Both the position numbers and the translations under genes were made by a program. Under the pieces are notes generated by a model. It was not told the origin of the DNA. It saw only the letters and a list, made by a program, of their open reading frames with translations, and made no database searches. A DNA stretch of 64,000 bases from a bacterium (GTDB lineage: Bacteria > Hinthialibacterota > Hinthialibacteria > Hinthialibacterales > Hinthialibacteraceae). Where the stretch lies: contig CAXXMV010000001.1 of NCBI GenBank assembly GCA_963662285.2, positions 416,001 through 480,000 of the forward strand, written 5' to 3'. The first letter of the stretch is position 1. Every line of letters begins with the position of its first letter. Positions 1-10,410 of the stretch are shown here, piece by piece.

Positions 1-246
1 TGTTTCCAATGTTTTACGCAGGACGCACTGAGATTCACAAATATTGGTTCTGAAAACATCGCAGCATTGCCTCCCCATCGCTTCTTCGCGTGATACGCCG
101 GTGATATCTTCAGCCGCATTATTGAAGGATGTTATGCGCCACTCTGAATCAACCGTAAACACTCCATCAGAAATGGAATCGAGAATAGTCGCCACAGGAG
201 TATTAGGCCATTCAGGATTGAAATGAGGATGTATTTTTTCTGACAT
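1..246 (-). CDS. PAS-domain protein, N-terminal part (runs off window edge; possibly a sigma-54-dependent regulator or sensor)
   Basis: Manual translation from ATG at 246: MSEKIHPHFNPEWPNTPVATILDSISDGVFTVDSEWRITSFNNAAEDITGVSREEAMGRQCCDVFRTNICESQCVLRKTLET, a typical PAS signature. Absent from the ORF track because it is truncated. Confidence 0.8.
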   Translation of the reverse strand, partial: MSEKIHPHFNPEWPNTPVATILDSISDGVFTVDSEWRITSFNNAAEDITGVSREEAMGRQCCDVFRTNICESQCVLRKTLET

Positions 247-399
247 ATAATTTTATAATCCGTTTTCTAAAGCGATTATCAAAATTCTGTTCGTTTATTA
301 TCACGTTATTATACAGACATCTCTAATCTTACCCCTGTGAAGACATAATGAAACCAGTAAAATTCAACAAACTCTATAAATAAAGTAAATCATAGAAAT

Positions 400-1215
400 A
401 TGCAAAAAAAAGATATAGCTTATTATATTGATCCTTGCTTCCCGGAATGGGAAGAGCAACTCGATTCACTCGCTCAACTAAATTATTCGGGTATAGAAGG
501 CATTGATGCTCTGTATAAGAACTATGCCAACCGTATCCAACTTGCTCAACTTATGCTTAATCAGAGGGATCTCCAACTCATCGCCCTCAGTGCTGCCGGA
601 GATTTCGTCATTCCCGATAAACGCCAGGAAATTCTGCAAAAGTTCCATCCATTGACCGATTTTTTACATCGAATTGGCGCCCAATATATTATTATAAATA
701 CTGGCTCACCTAATATGGTCGAAGATATACGGCGCGATTTTAAGGTTGCCGCCCAAACTCTAAATGAACTGGGAAAACAATGCCAGGAACATGAAATCTA
801 TGCCTGCATTCAGCCTGCTCAAGGATCACGCATCGAAACTGATGAAGAGATTGATCGTATTATGAATCAAGTAGATACGCGCGAAATCTATCTATGTCCT
901 GATACAGCGCAATTACAATATGCTCAATTTGATCCGATTCAGTTTTTGAAAATATACGGCGAATGTGTTCGCCATATCCACCTGACTGATATTCCACATT
1001 CCAACGAAGATGCAATTTATTCTTCGGTTAAAACAGAAAAAAGATTCTGCCCTCCGGGACAGGGAATAATTGATTTCAACGACATCGTGGATATGTTGCA
1101 CTCATTAAACTATAATGGGTGGTTAACCGTTAAATGCGGTGATGCAGATATTTCTGCAACAGAATCGGCTGCATACGCCAAAGATTACTTAGATAATATT
1201 AATAGTGAGGATTAA
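400..1215 (+). CDS. Sugar phosphate isomerase/epimerase family TIM-barrel protein (IolE/xylose isomerase-like), metal ligands degenerate
   Basis: Motifs LCPDTAQL, HIHLTD, FCPPGQGIIDF..I...L...NYNGWL match the AP_endonuc_2 family layout. Confidence 0.75.
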   Translation: MQKKDIAYYIDPCFPEWEEQLDSLAQLNYSGIEGIDALYKNYANRIQLAQLMLNQRDLQLIALSAAGDFVIPDKRQEILQKFHPLTDFLHRIGAQYIIINTGSPNMVEDIRRDFKVAAQTLNELGKQCQEHEIYACIQPAQGSRIETDEEIDRIMNQVDTREIYLCPDTAQLQYAQFDPIQFLKIYGECVRHIHLTDIPHSNEDAIYSSVKTEKRFCPPGQGIIDFNDIVDMLHSLNYNGWLTVKCGDADISATESAAYAKDYLDNINSED

Positions 1216-1217
1216 AA

Positions 1218-1859
1218 GTGACTCAGACTATCAAACCAGCCCGCACCCTGGTTCTTCTTTCCGGCAGTGGAACAACCCTGCAAAATATGATAGACCGCCA
1301 GGAACAAAACCAGTTGTCCATTGATATCGTTGGCGTTATCAGCAGTCGTAAAGACGCTTATGGCCTCGAACGGGCGCACAAGCATAATATCCCGACCAAA
1401 GTAATCGCCCGCAAAGATTTCCCGTCATGGGAAGATTTTAACCAGCAACTTTGCATCGCGGTGGATTCATTCGCGCCCGATTTAATCTGCTTCGCCGGTT
1501 TTATGTCTCTCTTCCGCGCCGATTCCAAATATAACGGTCGCATAATGAATGTACATCCAGCTTTGATACCCGCTTTTTGCGGTAAAGGCATGTATGGACA
1601 TCATGTCCACGAAGCAGTTATCGAGTCTGGCGTTAGAATTACCGGATGCACCGTACATTTTGTCGATCAACATTACGATACCGGCCCCATAATCCTACAA
1701 ACCGTAATCGATGTACTTGATTCAGATACTCCAGACTCAATCGCCGAGCGAGTGCAAGCAGCGGAACGCGAAACATACCCCAAAGCTATACAATTATTTG
1801 TCGAAGGAAGATTAACGATTCAAGGTAGGCGAGTTAGAATTTCCACTGCAAGCACTTAA
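1218..1859 (+). CDS. purN: Phosphoribosylglycinamide formyltransferase
   Basis: SGSGTTLQ, AGFM, NVHPALIPAF, GCTVHFVD...DTGPII motifs. Confidence 0.95.
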   Translation: MTQTIKPARTLVLLSGSGTTLQNMIDRQEQNQLSIDIVGVISSRKDAYGLERAHKHNIPTKVIARKDFPSWEDFNQQLCIAVDSFAPDLICFAGFMSLFRADSKYNGRIMNVHPALIPAFCGKGMYGHHVHEAVIESGVRITGCTVHFVDQHYDTGPIILQTVIDVLDSDTPDSIAERVQAAERETYPKAIQLFVEGRLTIQGRRVRISTAST

Positions 1860-2065
1860 CAGTAAATTAAATTTACATTATGTAAATTTTTACTAGGTAT
1901 TAACCAGAAAAAGATATATAATTATATATAAGAATAAACAAATCTAGCGCTTTTCGCATGTTATTCTAAGAATCGCGCTATATTTAAGTTTAAGACGTGA
2001 TTCTTCTAGCACCGTTCTAGAATGAATTTTGATCAAAATACATTTAAGTTTTAATAAAAACAATC

Positions 2066-3655
2066 ATGTTTTGGATCATTATTGGTTTCCTTGTTCTATC
2101 TGCTACAGGCGGCGCCGCCTATGTGTACACCCGTGTGGAATCTCCTAAATTAAACGATATTTGCTCGGCGCTTGGATTACAGGATTTCCAGAAAGACGCC
2201 AATTCAACTCCTTTTTATAAATGGACTTGGAATCGGGAATCCGATGATCAGATTTCAGCCAAACACATGATAAAAAAGGCCTTCAACGATGCTCAAGTCT
2301 GGTTGGATGACAGCGATATAAACTTCTTCGAAGATCAGTGCAGTAGATTTCAATCTGGATCAAAAATCGACGAAGCAACCATTCAACAACGCGTTTCCCA
2401 GATTGTAGAACGAACTGACATGCTGCACCAGGAAATTGCCCAAAAGACCGAAGCGGTTATCAAATCAGTTCTTCACTTAAGCGAAAACGAAGCGCGTGAA
2501 CATCTTCGATCATCCGGCATCCATGCCGATTCAGGCAAAGCCCTGAAACAACATTGCAGTTTGGAATTGAAAAAATTACTCTATCGTTTAGGCTTGAAGG
2601 TTCTAGGACCCAAAGGACGCGGCATAACCATACACGATCCTGGCGCCAAACGCATTTTCCAGATGCGCGGATTGGATATCTGGGAACAATGCCTGTTTGC
2701 CATTAAAAATGAACTTAACCGCTGGCTGACTACTCGTAAAACTACAACTAATCCCAATATTCTCCATTCCCTAAAAGCAATTATGAATCGGGGCAGCATC
2801 AAAGATATTGAAGATGATATCTCCGCTTCACGTGTTTTCCGTGAAGATATGCAAGACGCGATTAATAATGACCTGCTCAATCTTAGGCCCGACCAAATTG
2901 ATGAATACGAACAAATTATGTATGGTTGGAAATTCTCTAAAGGCATCAATTTCAAGCAAGCGGATCATAACTCCATCAGAAATCTGCTTTCCAATAATAA
3001 ACTCCCCGCCTGCTTTCGTCAAATCATAATAAATGGTATGACTGATAACCATGAATCTCTCGGCGTATTGCTAGACAGTTTCCCCCGTAAGGTGATCTTT
3101 TATGGCAGCCAGGAAAAAGCCCGCTCCTATGCTATGGATCAATATTCATCCATCCTGCAAGCTTTAATAAATGCATTGAGTAATACATGCGAACGAATGC
3201 ATGTCATGCCATTATTGGTTCACATTCCCGTTGAAGAGGTCGATCAAATACGTTCTTATAACGATGATCCTAAGGATAATGACGCATCTCTTCCTACAGG
3301 AAAAAAACCCCAAAAGACGCCTACGCTGGATAAGCTGATTAGCAAACACCAACGCCTGGTTCTTATCGAACGAAAAATGAAAAAAGAAGATGGCGACCAA
3401 TTAGGCTGGATCATAAACCTGCCGATCCCCGATATGGAACCGGATGAATTCGAGCACTTGCAAAATGATTATTTCAGCGCTTTCATCCGCTTCTTTTGCG
3501 ATACCAGCAGCAAGAGCGATTTTGAAAATCAATCGGAAGAAAGCCTAAAAAAACGCAGTAAGTTCTTTAATCGCCTGCTGATTTCTATAATGAATGGCGG
3601 AACAAAGCAGGAGAATCAAACAGAAGCCGCCCAGGTTAGCGAAATGGCGCTATGA
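2066..3655 (+). CDS. Hypothetical membrane-anchored protein (paralogue of 3810-5387)
   Basis: 529-aa ORF with hydrophobic N-terminus; collinear similarity to the next ORF. Confidence 0.75.
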   Translation: MFWIIIGFLVLSATGGAAYVYTRVESPKLNDICSALGLQDFQKDANSTPFYKWTWNRESDDQISAKHMIKKAFNDAQVWLDDSDINFFEDQCSRFQSGSKIDEATIQQRVSQIVERTDMLHQEIAQKTEAVIKSVLHLSENEAREHLRSSGIHADSGKALKQHCSLELKKLLYRLGLKVLGPKGRGITIHDPGAKRIFQMRGLDIWEQCLFAIKNELNRWLTTRKTTTNPNILHSLKAIMNRGSIKDIEDDISASRVFREDMQDAINNDLLNLRPDQIDEYEQIMYGWKFSKGINFKQADHNSIRNLLSNNKLPACFRQIIINGMTDNHESLGVLLDSFPRKVIFYGSQEKARSYAMDQYSSILQALINALSNTCERMHVMPLLVHIPVEEVDQIRSYNDDPKDNDASLPTGKKPQKTPTLDKLISKHQRLVLIERKMKKEDGDQLGWIINLPIPDMEPDEFEHLQNDYFSAFIRFFCDTSSKSDFENQSEESLKKRSKFFNRLLISIMNGGTKQENQTEAAQVSEMAL

Positions 3656-3809
3656 ATTTATGCGGCTTTTATGATGTATAATAATTTGGTCTTTATAATT
3701 GGTTTTTAATTATAATCAAGTCTTTTCTGGCAGCCCGAATTTATATAATTGCGCTAACTACAAGTATGCGCGAATTAATATCTACCGATTTGATAAATAA
3801 GGCAAAACG

Positions 3810-5387
3810 ATGACAACCCTAGTCGTCTCATTTCTCATAATTTTGGTTGCAGGCGGAGTATATGCCTCTAGTTCTTTATCAACCGGAGAATCAAACAAAA
3901 TCCGCCGTATCATGATTGATTTAGGGTTACACAATTCTTACTGGTCAAATGAAGAAGGCTCGCAATTCTACAAATGGGGATGGCACGAAGAACAGGAAAA
4001 CCGCGTTTCCGCCGAACGTATGGTAAAACTTGCTTTCCGCAAATCAGGCATCTGGCTCGATAGACAAGACCTTGCTTTCTTTGAACAGCAATGTAAAAAC
4101 AACGAAGCCGCCATCGATATTGAACAATCCGTCATTGAAGACCGCATCCAGGGCATCGTCACCCGATCCGACCGTATACGGCGTTGGATCACCAAAGAAG
4201 TTAAGGAAGTAGTTCAGTTTGTAGGTATTTTAACCCCTCAAGAAGCTGCGGATGCGCTCGCTAAAAAGAATATGGAAGTGGATCAGGAAAAATCCCTTGA
4301 TCGTTTTTGCCAGTTGGAAATGCAGCGCATGTTATATAAACATGGGTCTCATATTATGGCGCTCGGCGGCAAAGGATTGATAGTCGAAGACCCTCTTTCA
4401 GGACAATCAATTCATTTGGAGGGCGTCGAATCCTGGCTTCATCTCTTGCGTACTTTCAAAGATGAAATCCTTGAATTCTCAGCAGGCAGAAACATTCCGG
4501 TTTCGCTTGATATTGCTCGTTCATTAAAAAAAATTGCTGAAACCGGAACAATTCGTGAATTGATATTGGATATTGAACAAGCCAGGAAATTTCTCCAGGA
4601 TATCAACGATCAATTTCATGCCAAAGAGATTTCCATTTCGGTGGAAAGGGCGCGCGTCATCAACGCTATATTGAATCTATGGAAATTCGATGAGAATATT
4701 GACTTCACACAGATTCATCAAATCAAAATTCGCACCTTTCTCGCAAGGCTCGATCTGGCCCCTCGCTTCCGCGAAGTGATCATGAATCATCTCGATGAAC
4801 ATTTTTCTTCTTTGACAAAAGTGATACGGCTCTTTCCCCGCTCGGTTATTTTTTATGGCGGATCTGGCTCAGCCCGTTCTTTCGCATCAGATCAATACTC
4901 CCGTCATTTTCTATCAATGCTGGAAACCTGCGGCCTTTCACCAAACGTTGATCCCAAACCTCCAACCATTATATTAATCAGCGAAGAGCAGATTGATAAA
5001 ATGCGCCTTGCTCCTAAAAAAGGTTCCAACGCGATCACTTTACCCAGCCTTATTGAAGACCAACAACGCATGAGCCGACTTGAGCAGAATATCAATCAGG
5101 AAATTTCCGATAGAAGAGGATGGATACTTAACCTTTCCATCAACAATCCAACCGATAATGAATTTGAAGCCTTGAACAGAAATTCTTTGAAGGACTACAC
5201 TCGCTTTCATTGCCAGGCAGGTAAGGACGTAGACTTTCTGAATAATACTTACAACGCCAAAAAAAGCCGTATTCAATTTTTCAACATGGTAGTAGATACG
5301 GTTTTAGAAATGCCCTCTATCCAGGATACGGCGCCGAACGAGACTGCCAGTGCTTCCACCACACCAGCAACCCAACATGCGAATTAA
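3810..5387 (+). CDS. Hypothetical membrane-anchored protein (paralogue of 2066-3655)
   Basis: 525-aa ORF sharing FYKWxW, WLD..D..FFE.QC, WKF, FPR.VIFYG...AR S.A.DQYS and GWI.NL motifs with the previous ORF. Confidence 0.75.
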   Translation: MTTLVVSFLIILVAGGVYASSSLSTGESNKIRRIMIDLGLHNSYWSNEEGSQFYKWGWHEEQENRVSAERMVKLAFRKSGIWLDRQDLAFFEQQCKNNEAAIDIEQSVIEDRIQGIVTRSDRIRRWITKEVKEVVQFVGILTPQEAADALAKKNMEVDQEKSLDRFCQLEMQRMLYKHGSHIMALGGKGLIVEDPLSGQSIHLEGVESWLHLLRTFKDEILEFSAGRNIPVSLDIARSLKKIAETGTIRELILDIEQARKFLQDINDQFHAKEISISVERARVINAILNLWKFDENIDFTQIHQIKIRTFLARLDLAPRFREVIMNHLDEHFSSLTKVIRLFPRSVIFYGGSGSARSFASDQYSRHFLSMLETCGLSPNVDPKPPTIILISEEQIDKMRLAPKKGSNAITLPSLIEDQQRMSRLEQNINQEISDRRGWILNLSINNPTDNEFEALNRNSLKDYTRFHCQAGKDVDFLNNTYNAKKSRIQFFNMVVDTVLEMPSIQDTAPNETASASTTPATQHAN

Positions 5388-5442
5388 ATCTCAATCGTCC
5401 TAGAGTGATTCTCAAAATAATAGTCGTATACTCTTAAGCAGC

Positions 5443-6507
5443 CTAGATTCTTATTGAATTGGATTTTTGGTTTGAACGATAGAGAGATTCAATTATTTTG
5501 ATACACTTAACCTCTTCTTCACCGGTAGTTCTTGGTGATCGGTTTTTAATAATTGCGTCAATAAAATCCTGTGCTACGCCCAAAATTATATTCCATTTAT
5601 CAAACGAAGAAGACGGAGCAATAGTGACCGGCTTACCGCTACGGTCTTCATATATCTGAAAGAAGATATCCTGAGTCCAGGCCAGAGGATCAAAGGCGAT
5701 GCCGGCCTTGGTTCCATAAATTCTGATCCGGGTTGAACTGTTCATATGCGTCGCCCAGGCCCGTTCCCAAAAGACGCGTAAACCGCCTTTGCAATGCAGC
5801 ATAGCCGCGCCATGTTCTTCCACGTTGAAAACGACGCCTTCCGGCAAGGGCGTCTCCAGCCCCTGGTAGCAGAATCCATCCACCCGCTCCACAACAATAT
5901 CTTCTATCAAAGAATAAAGAATATTGAGATCATAAATCCCCCAATCAAACATGGCGCCGCCACCTGCTTTTGATTTATCCAGACACCAGGTTGCAGAGGT
6001 ATGAAAATCAATCCCGGGACGATTGCGACGGGTGATGCCGGAAATAGTGATGTGATAAATTTCACCCAGCTCACCTTCATCGATCAATTCTTTAGCTTTG
6101 ATTACCGACGGACTGAACCTATAACGCCCCGAACATGATCCCAATAGCAGTTTTGCTTTTTTTGCTTTTTTCACCAGTTTATTGGCGGACGAGCTGCTTA
6201 TGGTCATCGGCTTTTCGCATAAAACATGCTTGCCAGCCGATAATGCCGCCATAGCGATTTTTTCATGAGTATACGATGGCGTGCAAATTATTACCGCATC
6301 GATCTCTTCCATTGCAATCAAGTCATTGGCGTCAGAGTAGGAATAAGGTATCTTAAATTCATCCACCGCCTTGGAGAGTCTACTTTCATCACTATCTGCG
6401 ATGGCGTGTACAATAGTTCGTGGAACGGCTCTAAATCCCCGGATATGTTCTGTTCCGATCATTCCGATTCCGATAATCCCTATCTTTACATCGTGTTTGC
6501 TTGACAT
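5443..6507 (-). CDS. Gfo/Idh/MocA family oxidoreductase
   Basis: IGIIGIGMIG Rossmann motif, GKHVLCEKP, GGGAMFDWGIY. Confidence 0.92.
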   Translation of the reverse strand: MSSKHDVKIGIIGIGMIGTEHIRGFRAVPRTIVHAIADSDESRLSKAVDEFKIPYSYSDANDLIAMEEIDAVIICTPSYTHEKIAMAALSAGKHVLCEKPMTISSSSANKLVKKAKKAKLLLGSCSGRYRFSPSVIKAKELIDEGELGEIYHITISGITRRNRPGIDFHTSATWCLDKSKAGGGAMFDWGIYDLNILYSLIEDIVVERVDGFCYQGLETPLPEGVVFNVEEHGAAMLHCKGGLRVFWERAWATHMNSSTRIRIYGTKAGIAFDPLAWTQDIFFQIYEDRSGKPVTIAPSSSFDKWNIILGVAQDFIDAIIKNRSPRTTGEEEVKCIKIIESLYRSNQKSNSIRI

Positions 6508-6534
6508 TATAACCCTGAGAACCTCGTTAAATTT

Positions 6535-7155
6535 TTAAGTCCACATTTCTATTGGTAAATGAGTGACTTCATTTATAGATTTTATCACTTTATGTCCGTT
6601 TATGTCGAATTCAATTCGACATAATGAACTGTTATATAAATTAAAGGTAACGCCATTTCGATATGGGATGCCTAAAATTACATGTAATATAGCATCAGTG
6701 AACATTCCATGACCAACCAGACAGATTCGATTTTCCAAATTTTCATGCATATCTAACATGATTTTCATGGTCTGCTCAGCCCTGTGTATAATATCTGCGC
6801 TTGTTTCAGCGATCTGAGGCCACCATTTATGTTCACCAAGTTCTTCGGGCAATGTCACCCAGGGAAACGCCTTAAGCAGTTCATCTTTGGTATGCCCGTT
6901 CCAGGCGGTTCCCCATATCTCGCAAAATACAGGATCAACCACTGGATCAATCGATAGACTTTTCCACAGAATCCCCGCTGTCTGCATGGCGCGGTATAAT
7001 GGGCTGCAATAGATATGGGTGATGCCTTCACCAGCCAAACGCTCAGCCGCAAACTTGATCTGCCTATGCCCCATCTCTGTCATAGGTGGATCAAGTCCTG
7101 CAATATTTGAAACATTACCTTCTGATTGTCCATGCCGTAGTATATAAAGATGCAT
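6535..7155 (-). CDS. Histidine phosphatase (phosphoglycerate mutase-like) family protein
   Basis: LRHGQS, SPLYRAMQTA, LVGHG motifs. Confidence 0.92.
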   Translation of the reverse strand: MHLYILRHGQSEGNVSNIAGLDPPMTEMGHRQIKFAAERLAGEGITHIYCSPLYRAMQTAGILWKSLSIDPVVDPVFCEIWGTAWNGHTKDELLKAFPWVTLPEELGEHKWWPQIAETSADIIHRAEQTMKIMLDMHENLENRICLVGHGMFTDAILHVILGIPYRNGVTFNLYNSSLCRIEFDINGHKVIKSINEVTHLPIEMWT

Positions 7156-7321
7156 AAAGATATCTTCGCCGCCCGCTGAATCTTATTGACCTGTTCTAAA
7201 CTGAAGCCATAATAAACCACAATATTTTTTATGGAACCTTACTTTTTTCACTCTATCACCTCACTCTCCTGGCGCAAGGCCGGAGAATAAGGCATTAATA
7301 ACAAATTGGGAGAGGATTAAT

Positions 7322-7675
7322 ATGGACATAACTCGCGATGAACTTAAAGCAATTTTACGGGAACTGATTCAAGAAGATTTACCTGTTGGTCATACCCCGC
7401 TGGGAGACCGTTGGATTGATGGAACCCTCTATTTACAGCCTAAAGACCCGGATGCACTTCCCAAAGCCATCCCCATTGAAACATTCTTCCATAAAATTGT
7501 TATGCTGCGCGACCGGCTGCGGGTTTTAGAGCAAAGCATAAATTCTCATAAAAAACTGACCGATGAAGATAAGGTTAATATGCAGCAATATATCAGCCGA
7601 ATATATGGCACGTTGACAACCTTCAATGTACTATTTAAGGATAAAAAAGACCACTTTGTCAGCAAGATTACATGA
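7322..7675 (+). CDS. Conserved hypothetical protein
   Basis: 117-aa ORF with GGAGAGG RBS; segment PIETFFHKIVMLRDRLRVLEQ.IN...QQYI.RIYG.LTTFNVLF looks like a conserved family of unknown function. Confidence 0.75.
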   Translation: MDITRDELKAILRELIQEDLPVGHTPLGDRWIDGTLYLQPKDPDALPKAIPIETFFHKIVMLRDRLRVLEQSINSHKKLTDEDKVNMQQYISRIYGTLTTFNVLFKDKKDHFVSKIT

Positions 7676-7835
7676 TTATGATTAAATATTGATAAACTAG
7701 GCTCGATTTTTATAAAAAAGTATAAACTATCTCTTAAATGATTCGTTATATATGGGATTGCGATTGAGATATTGCATCATATCCAGCATCTTAATAAGAG
7801 AGATAAACCGCATTATTGGATTGGAGTAATACAGT

Positions 7836-9434
7836 ATGAAAACCACAGATTCAACTTGCACCAGACGTGACGCTCTGAAAATATTCGGCGGCGCAGCCGC
7901 AGCAGTCGCAACGCCGGGATTAATGGCTCAAGCTGCTGATGCAGATAAAAAACGCCCCAACATCATCGTTATTATGGCTGACGATATGGGTTTTTCCGAT
8001 ATCGGGTGTTATGGCTCCGAAATCAGGACTCCCAATCTAGACCGCATCGCCAAAGGCGGACTGCGTTTTACCCAGTTTTACAACTGCGCACGCTGCTGCC
8101 CGACCCGCGCATCGCTGCTGACCGGACTTTATCCACATCAAGCCGGAATCGGTCATATGATTGATGATCGTGGAATCCCTTCATACCAGGGTTATCTTAA
8201 CCAGAATTGCGTCACTATCGCCGAAGCCATCAAACCCGGAGGCTACCACGCTCTGATGTCCGGCAAGTGGCATGTCGGCGAAGATAAAGCGCATTGGCCG
8301 CTGCAACGCGGTTTTGAAAAATACCGCGGTTTGATCAGCGGCGCCAGCAACTATTTCAAACTCGACAAAGGCCGCAAGTACGCCCACGATAATAAGTCCA
8401 TCACCAATCTGGGAAGTAAATTCTATATGACCGACGCCATATCCGATAACGCCGTTAATCAGATTGACGAGTACGGTAAAAAAGACGATCCATTCTTTAT
8501 GTACGTGGCCTACACTGCTCCGCACTGGCCATTACACGCCAAACCCGAAGATATCAAGAAATACCAGAAACAATACGTCATCGGCTGGGACGCGCTGCGC
8601 AAATGGCGCCATAAAAACATGATTAAAAAAGGCATCGTTGACGCCAAATGGGAAATCACTCCCCGCGATGAACAAGCGCCTGAATGGAGAGACGACTCAG
8701 TCAACCGCAAATGGGAAGCTGAACGCATGGCGGTGTACGCCGCACAAATCGATAGTATGGATCAAGGCATCGGGCGCATCCTGGCCAAATTGGATGAGTT
8801 GAAAATCTCTGATGACACCATGATTCTCTTCCTGGCCGATAACGGCGGATGCGCTGAAGACCGGCCCGGCAATGATCCTAAAATCTCTCCGGGATCAGAG
8901 AAAACCTTCCAGAGTTACGGTCTGCCCTGGGCTAACGCCAGCAACACCCCGTTCCGGCGCTATAAACATTGGGTGCACGAAGGCGGCATCTCCACGCCAT
9001 TAATCGCCTATTGCCCCTCACGCATAAAGGCCGGACAGATCACCCATCAACCCGGTCACGTAATGGATATTCTACCCACCTGCCTCGATTACGCAGGAGT
9101 CGAGTATCCCGAGACATATAAGGATAACACAATAACTCCAGTCGAAGGAAAAAGTCTGCGCCCCATCTTCGAAGGCGAAAAACGCCCCGGACACAAAGCC
9201 ATCTTCTGGGAACATGAAGGCAACAAAGCAGTCCGACAGGGCAAATGGAAACTGGTATCCAAACATCCCGAAAACTGGGAACTATACGATATAGACGCCG
9301 ACCGCACCGAAATGCACGACCTCGCTCCAGATAATCCCGAACGCGTCAAAACCCTAGCCGCCCTGCATCAGGAATGGGCCGATAAAGTAGGATCAAAACC
9401 CTGGGATGAAGTTAAAGACATGAAGAAGAAATAA
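7836..9434 (+). CDS. Arylsulfatase (Cys-type), Tat-exported
   Basis: TRRDALK twin-arginine signal; PNIIVIMADDMG, CCPTRASLLTG (CxPxR), GKWH. Confidence 0.95.
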   Translation: MKTTDSTCTRRDALKIFGGAAAAVATPGLMAQAADADKKRPNIIVIMADDMGFSDIGCYGSEIRTPNLDRIAKGGLRFTQFYNCARCCPTRASLLTGLYPHQAGIGHMIDDRGIPSYQGYLNQNCVTIAEAIKPGGYHALMSGKWHVGEDKAHWPLQRGFEKYRGLISGASNYFKLDKGRKYAHDNKSITNLGSKFYMTDAISDNAVNQIDEYGKKDDPFFMYVAYTAPHWPLHAKPEDIKKYQKQYVIGWDALRKWRHKNMIKKGIVDAKWEITPRDEQAPEWRDDSVNRKWEAERMAVYAAQIDSMDQGIGRILAKLDELKISDDTMILFLADNGGCAEDRPGNDPKISPGSEKTFQSYGLPWANASNTPFRRYKHWVHEGGISTPLIAYCPSRIKAGQITHQPGHVMDILPTCLDYAGVEYPETYKDNTITPVEGKSLRPIFEGEKRPGHKAIFWEHEGNKAVRQGKWKLVSKHPENWELYDIDADRTEMHDLAPDNPERVKTLAALHQEWADKVGSKPWDEVKDMKKK

Positions 9435-9454
9435 AACAGAATACGATTTACCAA

Positions 9455-9481
9455 GGGCATGAGAAAATCTTTCTCATGCCC
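9455..9481. terminator. Hairpin between convergent genes (probable terminator)
   Basis: Perfect 12-bp stem GGGCATGAGAAA-atc-TTTCTCATGCCC, 20 nt after the sulfatase stop. Confidence 0.7.
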
Positions 9482-9578
9482 CATTTTCATAATAACAACA
9501 ATCTTTTTCTTATTATGCTTCAGCAATTCATAGGCGTAGCGATTATTATACTGGCCCGGCAATCAACACCGGCGCCAT

Positions 9579-10410
9579 GAAATACAAGATCACTCAGTTT
9601 GATTATTTATTGGTAGAATCAGATAAAACTTCGTTCCTATACCCATTTCACTTTTTACAGTGATGTCGCCCCTATGCTGTTCTACGATGCTATGAGCGAT
9701 GGATAGTCCAAGTCCGGTTCCTTGACCTACAAGCTTTGTTGTAAAGAATGGGTCGTAAATTTTAGTTTTGATATCCTCAGGGATTCCCTTTCCATCATCC
9801 CTGATTTGGATGACGACATTATTCGCTTCCCGTTGCGTCGAAATCCAAATATTTCCTTTCTCTTTAATCGCGTCGACTGCGTTGGAAAGGATATTCATGA
9901 AGACTTGATTGATTTGACCTGGGGAGCAGGTTATTGACGGAATATCTCCGAATGATTTGTGTACAATGATTCGATCATCCATTCTGGATTGGAGAAGATC
10001 GACACACGAATCGATAGCTTCGTGGATATCGTACAAGGACTGATAATTGGCATCGACCTGGATATATTGACGAAGATCGTTGACGATCTTCGATATTCGA
10101 TTGGATCCATCTTCGAATGATTTCAACAATCGTTCGCTGTCTTTTTGCGCAAATTCCAAATCTTCCTCTTTCTGAATGGACGTATAGTCGTTGCGCAATT
10201 CGGTGGACATAGAGTCGACATTCTTCCCCAAGGCGACAAAAAGCCGCTTGTAGCCTTCCAAGTAAGATTTCAGCGGTTCAATATTGGATTTAATAAACGT
10301 GATTGGATTGTTGATCTCATGCGCAACGCCCGCCACGAGCTGGCCTAAAGAAGCCATTTTTTCGGATTGGATGAGTTTGTCTTGAGTAGTTTTTAATTCC
10401 GCCGTGCGTT
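9579..10410. repeat. ~830-bp direct repeat, copy 1 (kinase module)
   Basis: Near-identical to 11326-12157 (offset 1747), including a few nt beyond the stop codon. Confidence 0.9.

Noticed and set aside
3725-3755. Sigma-54 promoter upstream of the 3810 gene
   Set aside because: TGGCA is present but TTGC is not at the -12 spacing.
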